Source of the DNA: an uncultured virus (IMG/VR IMGVR_UViG_3300022241_000068) | Lineage: Duplodnaviria; Heunggongvirae; Uroviricota; Caudoviricetes | Virus record (IMG/VR): IMGVR_UViG_3300022241_000068 | Length of the DNA: 60,489 bases | Reading direction: 5' to 3' (one strand) | Part shown: positions 7,991 to 16,274 of the stretch, piece by piece | How the letters are laid out: each line of letters begins with the position of its first letter | Position numbering within the stretch: the first letter of the stretch is position 1 | Made by a program: the position numbers and the translations under genes | Notes under the pieces: generated by a model | What the model was told of the DNA's origin: nothing | What the model saw: the letters and a program-made list of their open reading frames with translations, nothing else | Database searches by the model: none

Positions 7991-8155
7991 ATGAATGTTT
8001 TTGATTTAGAAGAAGATTTCAATGAAGAATTAGAACAAGAATTATTAGAAGTAGAATCTCTTTTGGAAACAATACCTCCCTTATCTGAAAAAGAAACTGA
8101 GACTGTTAAAAAAGAGATTGAATCTGAATTTGATTACTTAGATGAAGAAGAATGA
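7991..8155 (+). CDS. 54-aa highly acidic protein (not in ORF track)
   Basis: MNVFDLEEDFNEELEQELLEVESLLETIPPLSEKETETVKKEIESEFDYLDEEE; 22 D/E versus 3 K; ATGA overlap with 8152. Confidence 0.7.
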   Translation: MNVFDLEEDFNEELEQELLEVESLLETIPPLSEKETETVKKEIESEFDYLDEEE

Positions 8156-8694
8156 TTATTCTAGCTAAAGACAAAGATTACTACGATTATTTAGCAGACG
8201 GTAAAGGTGTTGTATTAGATAGAAGATATGCAGAAAAGTTTTCATTACAAACAATGAAAAGAATAGTACTGCATATCGGAGGTTGGAGATATGAAGGAAT
8301 GTTTATAAATGGAGATATTGTATATGGAATGAAAGCAATTAAAGAACAAAAAGTTAAAAATGCTGCTCCAATAACTGTTCCCCATGTATTTGATGCTCCT
8401 ACTAATACCAACCCTACTACACACCTTTACTTTAACTTAAGAGTCGAAGGAGGATATTATTTTTACACAAAAGAAAGTAGTTGCATTTTGAAGGAAAAAC
8501 AGCCTTCAATATATAATGACAGATATAATTGTCCTATATTAATATGGGATAATGGGTTTAAAAAATATCCTAACTTAGAATTATTAAAATTTGATAAACA
8601 TGTTTCTGCATGGGAAATGTATGAAATATTAAACAACTGGTATGGCACTAACATTATGGCTAATAATGACATTTTACGAGATTCTCTCGTTTAA
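8152..8694 (+). CDS. Phage hypothetical protein (KDYYDY N-terminus)
   Basis: 180-aa ORF. Confidence 0.8.
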   Translation: MIILAKDKDYYDYLADGKGVVLDRRYAEKFSLQTMKRIVLHIGGWRYEGMFINGDIVYGMKAIKEQKVKNAAPITVPHVFDAPTNTNPTTHLYFNLRVEGGYYFYTKESSCILKEKQPSIYNDRYNCPILIWDNGFKKYPNLELLKFDKHVSAWEMYEILNNWYGTNIMANNDILRDSLV

Positions 8695-8760
8695 AGAACA
8701 AACACAAATTTTAAACAAAGTTAATACAAATTTTATTTTAACAATTATATATTGCATGCT

Positions 8761-8892
8761 ATGGCCAATTACAAAATTATTGATGATACTGAACATGTTC
8801 AAGAAAAATCTACTAGAGTAGAAAAATGTATATATGGTGAAGAATGTATGTGCATGAAACTTTTTAATGAAATTAAATGTAAGAAAATCTGA
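8761..8892 (+). CDS. 43-aa Cys-containing hypothetical protein
   Basis: MANYKIIDDTEHVQEKSTRVEKCIYGEECMCMKLFNEIKCKKI; four Cys. Confidence 0.45.
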   Translation: MANYKIIDDTEHVQEKSTRVEKCIYGEECMCMKLFNEIKCKKI

Positions 8893-8966
8893 ACAAGATC
8901 AGAAAAACATATTGTTTAATGAAATCAATGAATTTTTAAGTTAAAAAAAGTGAAAGTTTAAGTAAA

Positions 8967-8996
8967 GGAAGAGGGAGTAATCCCTCTTTCTTTTTA
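8967..8996 (+). terminator. Rho-independent terminator
   Basis: GGAAGAGGGA-GTAA-TCCCTCTTTC followed by TTTTT. Confidence 0.8.
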
Positions 8997-9018
8997 TTGT
9001 TTAATAAATATTTAAAAA

Positions 9019-10092
9019 ATGGCAAAAAGACAAGCTAAAAAAACAGAAAATGTTGAATTAGGACAAGAAGAAAAATTAAGACCAATATCCAGATTAGACA
9101 AATATGTCTATATGGATGATACTATCCAGTTATTAGACTTTGCATTTAAATGTAATAAAAATGTAATTCTATACGGACCAGGGGGTTATGGAAAATCTGA
9201 AGTAAGTATGGATTTTCTAAATGAAAGAGGTATTCAACCTTATGTATTAACAATGGGTAATGGTACTACCACAGATAGATTATTTGGCGGTATGGATTTA
9301 AAGAAGTTTAATGATGATGGTAAAATTGAATACTTAGTAGAAAATTCATTTATGAACCATGAATATGTAATTTTTGAAGAGTTATTTGATGCTCAAGATT
9401 ATATATTAGAGCAGCTAAAAGACATTTTAAGTTCAAGAATATTCAGAAATGGTAATCAAATTTTTAATATTAAAACTAAATTGATTATTTGCTGTACTAA
9501 TAAAACTAGGGAATCCTTTTCTAAAAATGATTCATTGAAGGCTTTGATGGAAAGATTTCCATTGGAACATAATGTAGAATGGAAAGAAAATAACTCTATA
9601 AACTATGAGCATTTATTCAGAAAAGTATTAGGGAATGTAGATCCATTTCTTACTTATATATTAGGAGAATATTCTAAAAATGGTATTAAGATATCTCCTA
9701 GGATGGCTTTAACATCTGCAGAATTGTTAATGGCTTGTGGCCCTGATTGTTTAAAATTCATACCAGAATTCTCAAAGAAACCTGAGTTATTAAAATCTGC
9801 AACTACTAAATTTAAATCAATTGAAGAAGTTTATGAAATAAATGAAAAGTTTAAAGCGTTAAAGTCTTCATTTAAAATAGGAAATGATGTTGATTCTATA
9901 AAGAAATCAAATCTTCAAATTGCAGAATTAAAGAAAACACTTGTTAAATTAAAATCTATAAAAGCTGATGATAGCATTGTTACTAAAGTTAGTGAATTAA
10001 TCACAGAAATAGAAGCTTTTATAAAAAATAATGAAAAAGCTTTAAGTTTGTTAATGGGAATTAGTGCCTTAGAAGAAAGTGAAATATCATAA
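9019..10092 (+). CDS. MoxR-family (RavA-like) AAA+ ATPase
   Basis: Walker A GPGGYGKS, DRLFGG, Walker B VIFEELFD, sensor CCTN, ALMERF; directly upstream of a vWA gene. Confidence 0.88.
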   Translation: MAKRQAKKTENVELGQEEKLRPISRLDKYVYMDDTIQLLDFAFKCNKNVILYGPGGYGKSEVSMDFLNERGIQPYVLTMGNGTTTDRLFGGMDLKKFNDDGKIEYLVENSFMNHEYVIFEELFDAQDYILEQLKDILSSRIFRNGNQIFNIKTKLIICCTNKTRESFSKNDSLKALMERFPLEHNVEWKENNSINYEHLFRKVLGNVDPFLTYILGEYSKNGIKISPRMALTSAELLMACGPDCLKFIPEFSKKPELLKSATTKFKSIEEVYEINEKFKALKSSFKIGNDVDSIKKSNLQIAELKKTLVKLKSIKADDSIVTKVSELITEIEAFIKNNEKALSLLMGISALEESEIS

Positions 10093-11536
10093 ATCAAAAA
10101 AGTTTGATATAGAAGAAGATGTAGAGTTTACAGATAGTAAACATTTAAAAGGAGGGGTTATTAAAGAATACTCCTCAAAAGTTTATGATAATAATTATCG
10201 TAGTAATTACTATGATAACTACTATAACAACAGTTATGGAAGTAGAAGTACTGGTTATAGTTATGGTAGCAATTATTATAATAAACCTTATAGTTCATAT
10301 TGGTCATCCTGGTATGACAGTTCATACACAATAAAGGAAGAAAAAGATGAACTTTTTATAAAGAATTCAGAATCATATTTAACACCTTCGTCAGATGAAT
10401 TAAGAAAAGAAATAGGTTGGGGATGCAGCGCGGATACTATTAAAATGGGAAAAGAACTTTCAAGATTCTTTTTTTACAAAATGATCAATGAAAAGGATTA
10501 TATAGATGAAAAATATTTAGATGATAGTAAATTAAATGATTCTCAATTAAGCGAGAAAATATCAAAAATAGAAACATACAATAATTTATGGGATGCTGCA
10601 ATCCCTGGATATACGCCCAAAGAAAAAGCCCTATACGTAATGCAGTCTTTACATAGAAAAACTGGTAAAGTACCTTCTGAAATATCTGATTTAAAAGAAC
10701 ATATAATAGAGAAAATATCTATTAAAGATGAGATATTAGCAGATCCTATTTTGAATGAATTATATGATACATTACACTCAAAAGCAAAATTTAATAAATT
10801 TGACATACTTAATAAAGTGTCTTTATTAAAAAATTTAGGTTCTAAATTCAAAATAGAAAAGGAGATAGAAAAAAAGATTGTTCATAATTCCAGTATTAGA
10901 GATATCAAATTAATGACAGATATATCTCAAATATGTAATGTAGAATTATATCAGAGATTATTGCCTAATTTTAAACACAAACTGTTAACTAAAAGTTTAT
11001 TAGTAAATGTACCTGTTCAAAAAACTGAACATAAACAGAAGATTATAATGTTAGTAGACTTTTCTGGTAGTATGTGCAGTACAGATAAACAACAATGGGT
11101 TGTTGCTATAATGATGGATAGATTAAGAATGGCAATTAAAGAAGAATGTGAAATATTCTTTACGTATTTTTTACAAGATGTGAGAGAATTCAGTTTTCAT
11201 CATATATTTGACAGAGAAAGCGCATTAGAATTTTGGAAATCATTTTCTACTAGACCAAATGGAGGAGATACTTCTGTAGGTACAATTATTACTAGTATAA
11301 AAGATGAAATTCAAAAAGGAAAACTGTTTAACATAAATGTAGATCTGTCTAAAGAACTACCTGAAGTCTTAATTATAAATGATGGTCAAGATACTGTTAA
11401 AACAGAATCTTTCACATATAAAACTAATGCAATAAATCTGATACAGAATAATGAACAAGTTAAAAATTTATGTATACAAAACAAAGGTGTACATGTACAC
11501 GTTAATATGAATGATAATTTAACAATAAGTGAATAA
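10079..11536 (+). CDS. vWA-domain protein (ViaA-like partner)
   Basis: MIDAS LVDFSGSM, NGGDT, IINDGQD; Tyr/Ser/Asn-rich N-terminal tract. Confidence 0.88.
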   Translation: MKYHKSKKFDIEEDVEFTDSKHLKGGVIKEYSSKVYDNNYRSNYYDNYYNNSYGSRSTGYSYGSNYYNKPYSSYWSSWYDSSYTIKEEKDELFIKNSESYLTPSSDELRKEIGWGCSADTIKMGKELSRFFFYKMINEKDYIDEKYLDDSKLNDSQLSEKISKIETYNNLWDAAIPGYTPKEKALYVMQSLHRKTGKVPSEISDLKEHIIEKISIKDEILADPILNELYDTLHSKAKFNKFDILNKVSLLKNLGSKFKIEKEIEKKIVHNSSIRDIKLMTDISQICNVELYQRLLPNFKHKLLTKSLLVNVPVQKTEHKQKIIMLVDFSGSMCSTDKQQWVVAIMMDRLRMAIKEECEIFFTYFLQDVREFSFHHIFDRESALEFWKSFSTRPNGGDTSVGTIITSIKDEIQKGKLFNINVDLSKELPEVLIINDGQDTVKTESFTYKTNAINLIQNNEQVKNLCIQNKGVHVHVNMNDNLTISE

Positions 11537-11538
11537 AT

Positions 11539-11784
11539 ATGAATATATCAAACACAAAATTAGTAAGATTGATACTTAGTAATGAAAACACATCAATTAT
11601 TAAGTTTAGAACTAAAAACAAAAAGACAAGAGTCATAGCTTGTGATATAAATAAAAGTGAACCTATGACACCATTAGGATACTTAGTAGTAAAAGAAAAA
11701 CTATCAGAAGAATATAAAACTATTGATCCTAAAAATATAACTTCAGCAATTATTAACGGTATAACTTATGTAAAAAATGGTTAA
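11539..11784 (+). CDS. Small SH3/WYL-like beta-barrel protein
   Basis: IKFRTKNKKTRVI ... YLVVKE ... YKTIDPKNI resembles WYL/DUF2693-like barrels. Confidence 0.5.
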   Translation: MNISNTKLVRLILSNENTSIIKFRTKNKKTRVIACDINKSEPMTPLGYLVVKEKLSEEYKTIDPKNITSAIINGITYVKNG

Positions 11785-11926
11785 AATAACAATGTTAATT
11801 GTAATAGTAGTATTTTGTATACTATTAATTATGGCAGTAAGAGAAGTTCTTGTACAAAGTAGAAAAAAATACAGGAAGACTACTGTTTCTGACTTTGATG
11901 AAACAGATATTTATAAGAAAAATTAA
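11777..11926 (+). CDS. 49-aa single-TM protein (not in ORF track)
   Basis: MVKITMLIVIVVFCILLIMAVREVLVQSRKKYRK...; precedes the SPFH gene. Confidence 0.6.
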   Translation: MVKITMLIVIVVFCILLIMAVREVLVQSRKKYRKTTVSDFDETDIYKKN

Positions 11927-11936
11927 ACAATTAAAT

Positions 11937-13154
11937 ATGAATAGACAAATTTTTAAAATTGGAGCGCTGTTATTTGCGCTTATTATGGTTTTATGGTTAA
12001 ATCCTACATCGTGGAATGATGCCACTTCTAGAACAGTAGTAACTAGAGCAGATGGATCTCAAATGGTAAGATTTGGACCTGGGTTATTTTACGCTGGTTT
12101 CTTTGCTAAAGAAACAGTATGGCCAAATCAGCTAACAATCTCTTACAGAGAAGAGCAAGCTGCTAATTCATTAGAAGATAACATGATGGAGATTGGTAAA
12201 ATACCTGTAAGATTTGCTTCAGGACCTCAAGCAGATATGATGGGTGTTGTTCAATTTATTCTACCAAATGATGAGGCTAAAATGCTAGAAATACACAATG
12301 TACACAAAAGTCCTGTACATTTGGTTAAGAATAGATTAATGCCTTATACTAGAGAGTGTTTACAAAGTTCTTCACAACTACTTACAGTACAGAATCATTA
12401 TGAAGGTGGAAGAGCTCAATTAGGACAAGATTACCTAGATCAGCTTCAAAATGGGGCATTTTTATTAGATGTAAAAGAAAAATCTGGAAGAGATAGTATT
12501 ACAAATGAACTAAAGACTTATTATGTATCAAGTCCTAAAAGAGATGCTAATGGTAATATACTAAGAAAACATTCATCTATTAAAGAATATGGTATATTAG
12601 TAGGAGATGCTCAAATCACAGATACTGACTATAGTGAGCTTGTAGACTCTATGATTAATAAGAATATTCAGTCAGTTACAATGGCTTCTGTAAGTAAGCA
12701 AAACCTTATTACCGCCCAACAGCAAGCTCTTACAGCAAGAGCTGAAGGTGAGAGAAACCTAGTAACTATTGAATATGAAAAGAAAAAAGAGCAAACAGCA
12801 TTAGTAGTATCTGCACAAACTCAAGTAGAATTAGCAAAACAAGACCTTTTAAAGCAGGAAATTGCCAGACAAGCCTCTATAAAAGAAGCAGATAAGATTA
12901 AGACTCTTGCTGACGCAGAAGCTTATGCTAAAGCTAGGATTATGCAAGCAGATGGTGCTTTAGAAAAGAAATTAGCTGCATGGGTTACATCACAGGAATA
13001 TTGGGCTAATGCCTTTGGTAAATACCAAGGAGCAGTAGTTCCTCAGATATCTACAAATGGTAATTCTGGTAATGCTGCAGTAAATTTTATGGAAATTATG
13101 GGGATTAAGGCTGCCAAAGATCTTAATCTTGATTTAAACAACAATAAACGTTAA
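11937..13154 (+). CDS. SPFH/Band-7 (flotillin-like) membrane protein
   Basis: N-terminal TM, SPFH-like core (IPVRF, YGILVGDAQITD), long Ala/Glu/Gln coiled coil, VVPQI tail; probable start ATG 11937. Confidence 0.82.
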   Translation: MNRQIFKIGALLFALIMVLWLNPTSWNDATSRTVVTRADGSQMVRFGPGLFYAGFFAKETVWPNQLTISYREEQAANSLEDNMMEIGKIPVRFASGPQADMMGVVQFILPNDEAKMLEIHNVHKSPVHLVKNRLMPYTRECLQSSSQLLTVQNHYEGGRAQLGQDYLDQLQNGAFLLDVKEKSGRDSITNELKTYYVSSPKRDANGNILRKHSSIKEYGILVGDAQITDTDYSELVDSMINKNIQSVTMASVSKQNLITAQQQALTARAEGERNLVTIEYEKKKEQTALVVSAQTQVELAKQDLLKQEIARQASIKEADKIKTLADAEAYAKARIMQADGALEKKLAAWVTSQEYWANAFGKYQGAVVPQISTNGNSGNAAVNFMEIMGIKAAKDLNLDLNNNKR

Positions 13155-13158
13155 TAAA

Positions 13159-13545
13159 ATGGCAACAAAATTGAAAGCAGTGTCTAAAAAAACAAGACCT
13201 GTACAAAAAAAGACTACGAAAGTTACTCCAAGAAGGAAAGTTGTAGCAAAGAAAACAACAGTTCCAGAATCCCCTTCTGATAGAATAGAAGATCTTGAGA
13301 ACTTGGTGAATGCTACTATGGATAATATCAGACTTCAGAGAATGGAAAATGAAGTTTATGCATTAAATATCACAAGGAAGATTGAAGAAAATATGGCAAA
13401 GAAGGAAGCTTCTTTGAATTCTGCCAAAGAAACCATGTTAACTTTAAAGAATGCGTATAAAAAAGCTAAAGAAGAATGTTTCAAAATGGAAGAAGACTTG
13501 GCTAAATTAAATGATATGATTACATCGCTTGCCTGCAATGTTTAA
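13159..13545 (+). CDS. Protein with basic N-terminus and coiled coil
   Basis: K/R/T/V-rich first 35 aa followed by heptad repeats. Confidence 0.75.
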   Translation: MATKLKAVSKKTRPVQKKTTKVTPRRKVVAKKTTVPESPSDRIEDLENLVNATMDNIRLQRMENEVYALNITRKIEENMAKKEASLNSAKETMLTLKNAYKKAKEECFKMEEDLAKLNDMITSLACNV

Positions 13546-13571
13546 AATTTTTCATTGATAATAATTTTATT

Positions 13572-13611
13572 GGAGGGATTGTGCACTAGAAGTAGTGCAC
13601 AATTCTTTTTT
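13572..13611. terminator. Terminator between convergent units
   Basis: GGGATTGTGCACTA-GAAG-TAGTGCACAATTCT followed by a T run, abutting the amidase stop. Confidence 0.85.
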
Positions 13612-14233
13612 ATTCTATAAATTCTGATTTAACATCAAAATTAGGACAAGTTTTAGATACATTGGGCATATCTCTATGTCCTACAACTAGTATATCTGGG
13701 AATATAGTCTTAATATGTTTAACTAGAATTTTAATAGTGTTTATTTGAGCTTCAGTTCTAGTGTCTTTAGAATAACCACCTATATAAGCAATATTTATAG
13801 TTACTGAATTATAGTTTTTAACACCATAGACAACCTCATTCCATTCTAGTAATGGAGAATTGTCTATTGGAGCAAGGTAATATACCTCACCTTTCATATT
13901 TACAGCGTAATTATAACCTGGTTTTGTATATCTACCCCATCTCTGTATAAATACATTCATTAACTCAGCTTGAGTTTGATCTTTTTTGGAACCTGTAGTG
14001 TGTATTACTAAATATCTAGGTTTTTTAGGTCTAAATGTATTTTTATCTAGTAAGTCTGCATTGTCTAAAGTATCTAAGCATTGATCATGCATTTCTACAC
14101 TACCTTCACCATAATAAATCATAAAATTCTTACCTTTAACACCTAAAAATGTCAATATAAAAGTAACTATTACAGAAGTTATCACTCCTATAATAAACTT
14201 TTTATCAACAAATTCTTTAAGTTCTTCTATCAT
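13610..14233 (-). CDS. N-acetylmuramoyl-L-alanine amidase (Amidase_2, T7-lysozyme-like) with N-terminal TM
   Basis: LVIHTT, PGYNY, NIAYIGG, RTEAQ, VGHRD, KTCPNF; hydrophobic FIIGVITSVIVTFILTFLGV. Confidence 0.92.
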   Translation of the reverse strand: MIEELKEFVDKKFIIGVITSVIVTFILTFLGVKGKNFMIYYGEGSVEMHDQCLDTLDNADLLDKNTFRPKKPRYLVIHTTGSKKDQTQAELMNVFIQRWGRYTKPGYNYAVNMKGEVYYLAPIDNSPLLEWNEVVYGVKNYNSVTINIAYIGGYSKDTRTEAQINTIKILVKHIKTIFPDILVVGHRDMPNVSKTCPNFDVKSEFIE

Positions 14234-15042
14234 TTTATGATTATATTTTGTCTTAATTCAGGGTGTTCATGTATGGTGAACCTTATTTTTGATAACTGAC
14301 CATCGGTAAGACATCCTCTACAATGGAGATAAGCCCAAGACATCAGATTACAACTTAGCATGGTCTTATCTATATCTGGTATACTATCTGCATCTGCGCC
14401 TATATATTTGCAATCCCCAGAAATTTTTTCATGAAGATTGTTAGCAGATCTTGTATCACATACTCTATCTCCAGAATATATGGTATAACCATCAGTATCA
14501 TCTGGCGTATCATAATGATATAATCCTAGACAATGACCTAATTCATGAAGTAAAGTACTCTTAAGAATATATTGTTCTCTAATAGCAAAAAATGTAGATC
14601 CTACACCTGCTGCTATACCAAGAACACCTTTTAAATCATCAGGAAAATTCTCTTGAGTATTACCATATATGTAACAAGTTACAATATAAGGTCTATAATA
14701 AATTTTACCATACTTCACAAAAGAAGGCATATCTCCCTTAATCAAGGGAGAAACAATTTCTACAGTATCATCTAGTCTAAAAGTTACATCAGCATCAATA
14801 TATGTTTTATTGATATATTGAACTACTTTTTCAAAATCAATATTATTGATTTCACCTACTGTATCTGAAAATTTAACAAATCTGATAGGTAATTCAATTC
14901 TATCAGTATTACTAAAGTATATTTCAGATAAATGATAAGCATTTCCACAATCTTTTTTATCAAAGTTAGGTGGAATATGACGCTTTGTAGGACAAGATAA
15001 TAATAGAAGAATAGGAAAAATCTTTAAAAAGATTACCTTCAT
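14230..15042 (-). CDS. M43 (pappalysin-like) zinc metalloprotease, putative lipoprotein
   Basis: HELGHCLGLYH metzincin motif, DRVCDT, Met-turn NLMSW, TDGQ; signal ending LLLLSC; CG in the prosegment. Confidence 0.85.
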   Translation of the reverse strand: MKVIFLKIFPILLLLSCPTKRHIPPNFDKKDCGNAYHLSEIYFSNTDRIELPIRFVKFSDTVGEINNIDFEKVVQYINKTYIDADVTFRLDDTVEIVSPLIKGDMPSFVKYGKIYYRPYIVTCYIYGNTQENFPDDLKGVLGIAAGVGSTFFAIREQYILKSTLLHELGHCLGLYHYDTPDDTDGYTIYSGDRVCDTRSANNLHEKISGDCKYIGADADSIPDIDKTMLSCNLMSWAYLHCRGCLTDGQLSKIRFTIHEHPELRQNIIIK

Positions 15043-15053
15043 ATCCTCTAAAT

Positions 15054-15113
15054 TTAAACCCCTTTAGTGAATGTTGCTATATTACAACCAGATCCATTTC
15101 CGCAGTTAAACAT
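15054..15113 (-). CDS. Possible 19-aa peptide MFNCGNGSGCNIATFTKGV
   Basis: ATG-to-TAA frame filling the gap between two co-oriented genes (2 nt after the upstream stop); less AT-rich than spacers. Confidence 0.35.
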   Translation of the reverse strand: MFNCGNGSGCNIATFTKGV

Positions 15114-15115
15114 GA

Positions 15116-15289
15116 TTATCTATTTAAAGTGTCAAGTAATTGGTTATCTTTAGGTAAAGTATCTACTGAAGAAGCTTCTACTTTCTCAGAAGTAAAGTAA
15201 TCTTTAACTGTTCCTCCAAAGAAATATATTAAGATTGCTGCTAGCACAGCTCCAATAAGAGATTTGTTTTTAGTAATAAAGTCTTTCAT
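15116..15289 (-). CDS. 57-aa single-TM protein (not in ORF track; holin/spanin-like candidate)
   Basis: MKDFITKNKSLIGAVLAAILIYFFGGTVKDY...; overlaps the upstream stop. Confidence 0.65.
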   Translation of the reverse strand: MKDFITKNKSLIGAVLAAILIYFFGGTVKDYFTSEKVEASSVDTLPKDNQLLDTLNR

Positions 15290-15483
15290 AGTTTATATTT
15301 GGGTTTACAATTTACAGTAACATATGCAACAATAGTATCAGCTTTTATAGTATTTTGAATGATTAAAGTATGAGTACCCTCACCAGTAACTTCAAATTTT
15401 ACTATACCTATATTAGATTTATTTTGGGGTAAAAAACTCCCAAAAATAAAAATAATAAAAAGAAATAATACTAAATATTTCAT
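15286..15483 (-). CDS. Small secreted or membrane protein
   Basis: MKYLVLFLFIIFIFGSF signal-like N-terminus. Confidence 0.65.
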   Translation of the reverse strand: MKYLVLFLFIIFIFGSFLPQNKSNIGIVKFEVTGEGTHTLIIQNTIKADTIVAYVTVNCKPKYKL

Positions 15484-15502
15484 ATATTTGTATTTAAATT
15501 AA

Positions 15503-15513
15503 CTGCAAATTTA
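15503..15513 (-). promoter_or_regulatory. Candidate Bacteroidota-type -7 promoter element for the inverted cassette
   Basis: Minus strand reads TAAATTTGCAG (TAnnTTTG) 20 nt upstream of ATG 15483, in the divergent spacer; no exact -33 TTTG. Confidence 0.5.
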
Positions 15514-15585
15514 ATGATAAACATCATTATAAAACGTAATTATCATGAGTTTACATAAATAATTATTCACAGTATATAGCTAAAA

Positions 15586-15969
15586 ATGAAAAAATATTAT
15601 AAAAAACCTGATATTAAAGATATAGTGCCTGGAAAAATAGTTCCAGTGTATATAAATTTCAGAGAAGAAAAAGATTTAGCAGGTTTTGCTATGATAAACT
15701 ACAGAACAAAGTCTCTACAAGAGGAGTTACCTTATGTTAGAGCAGAAATAGGTGGTAAAAATGGTAAATATCAATCCCAATCTGTATTGTGGATTCATAA
15801 AAGATTTAATATTACATTTGTTGACCCTTTTGATTATGATCCAAATATGCCTTTTGAAATGAGAATGAAGTATATTCATCAAAAGGGATTTACTACAAAT
15901 TGGAACATAGCATTCTTTTTAAAAACATCAAGTAACATATATATTAATAAAAAAAACAATATTGTCTAA
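15586..15969 (+). CDS. Hypothetical protein
   Basis: 127-aa ORF, first of the replication run. Confidence 0.8.
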   Translation: MKKYYKKPDIKDIVPGKIVPVYINFREEKDLAGFAMINYRTKSLQEELPYVRAEIGGKNGKYQSQSVLWIHKRFNITFVDPFDYDPNMPFEMRMKYIHQKGFTTNWNIAFFLKTSSNIYINKKNNIV

Positions 15970-15970
15970 T

Positions 15971-16273
15971 ATGGAAAAAGCTCTCGTAAGTGGCATCATC
16001 TACACTGTAAGAAATGATGATAATAGTAATCAAGTACTATTTTTTGATGAGAATGAATATGTAAGAATTCTCTACAAAAAAGAGGGGGAAGAACCTAGTG
16101 AGGTATTAGAGTTCTTTACTCATCCAGATGTTGAATTAGATTTTAAATATGATGAAGAAGACATTCTTTTCTCTAAAAAAAGAGAAGAATCCATTATTCA
16201 AATGATGAAATCTGAAGACAACAACACCAAATTATTGGCAACAAAATTGATTCAAGTAAAAGAACATAATTAA
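15971..16273 (+). CDS. Hypothetical protein with C-terminal SxD helix motif
   Basis: Ends IIQMMKSEDNNTKLLATKLIQ. Confidence 0.8.
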   Translation: MEKALVSGIIYTVRNDDNSNQVLFFDENEYVRILYKKEGEEPSEVLEFFTHPDVELDFKYDEEDILFSKKREESIIQMMKSEDNNTKLLATKLIQVKEHN

Positions 16274-16274
16274 G

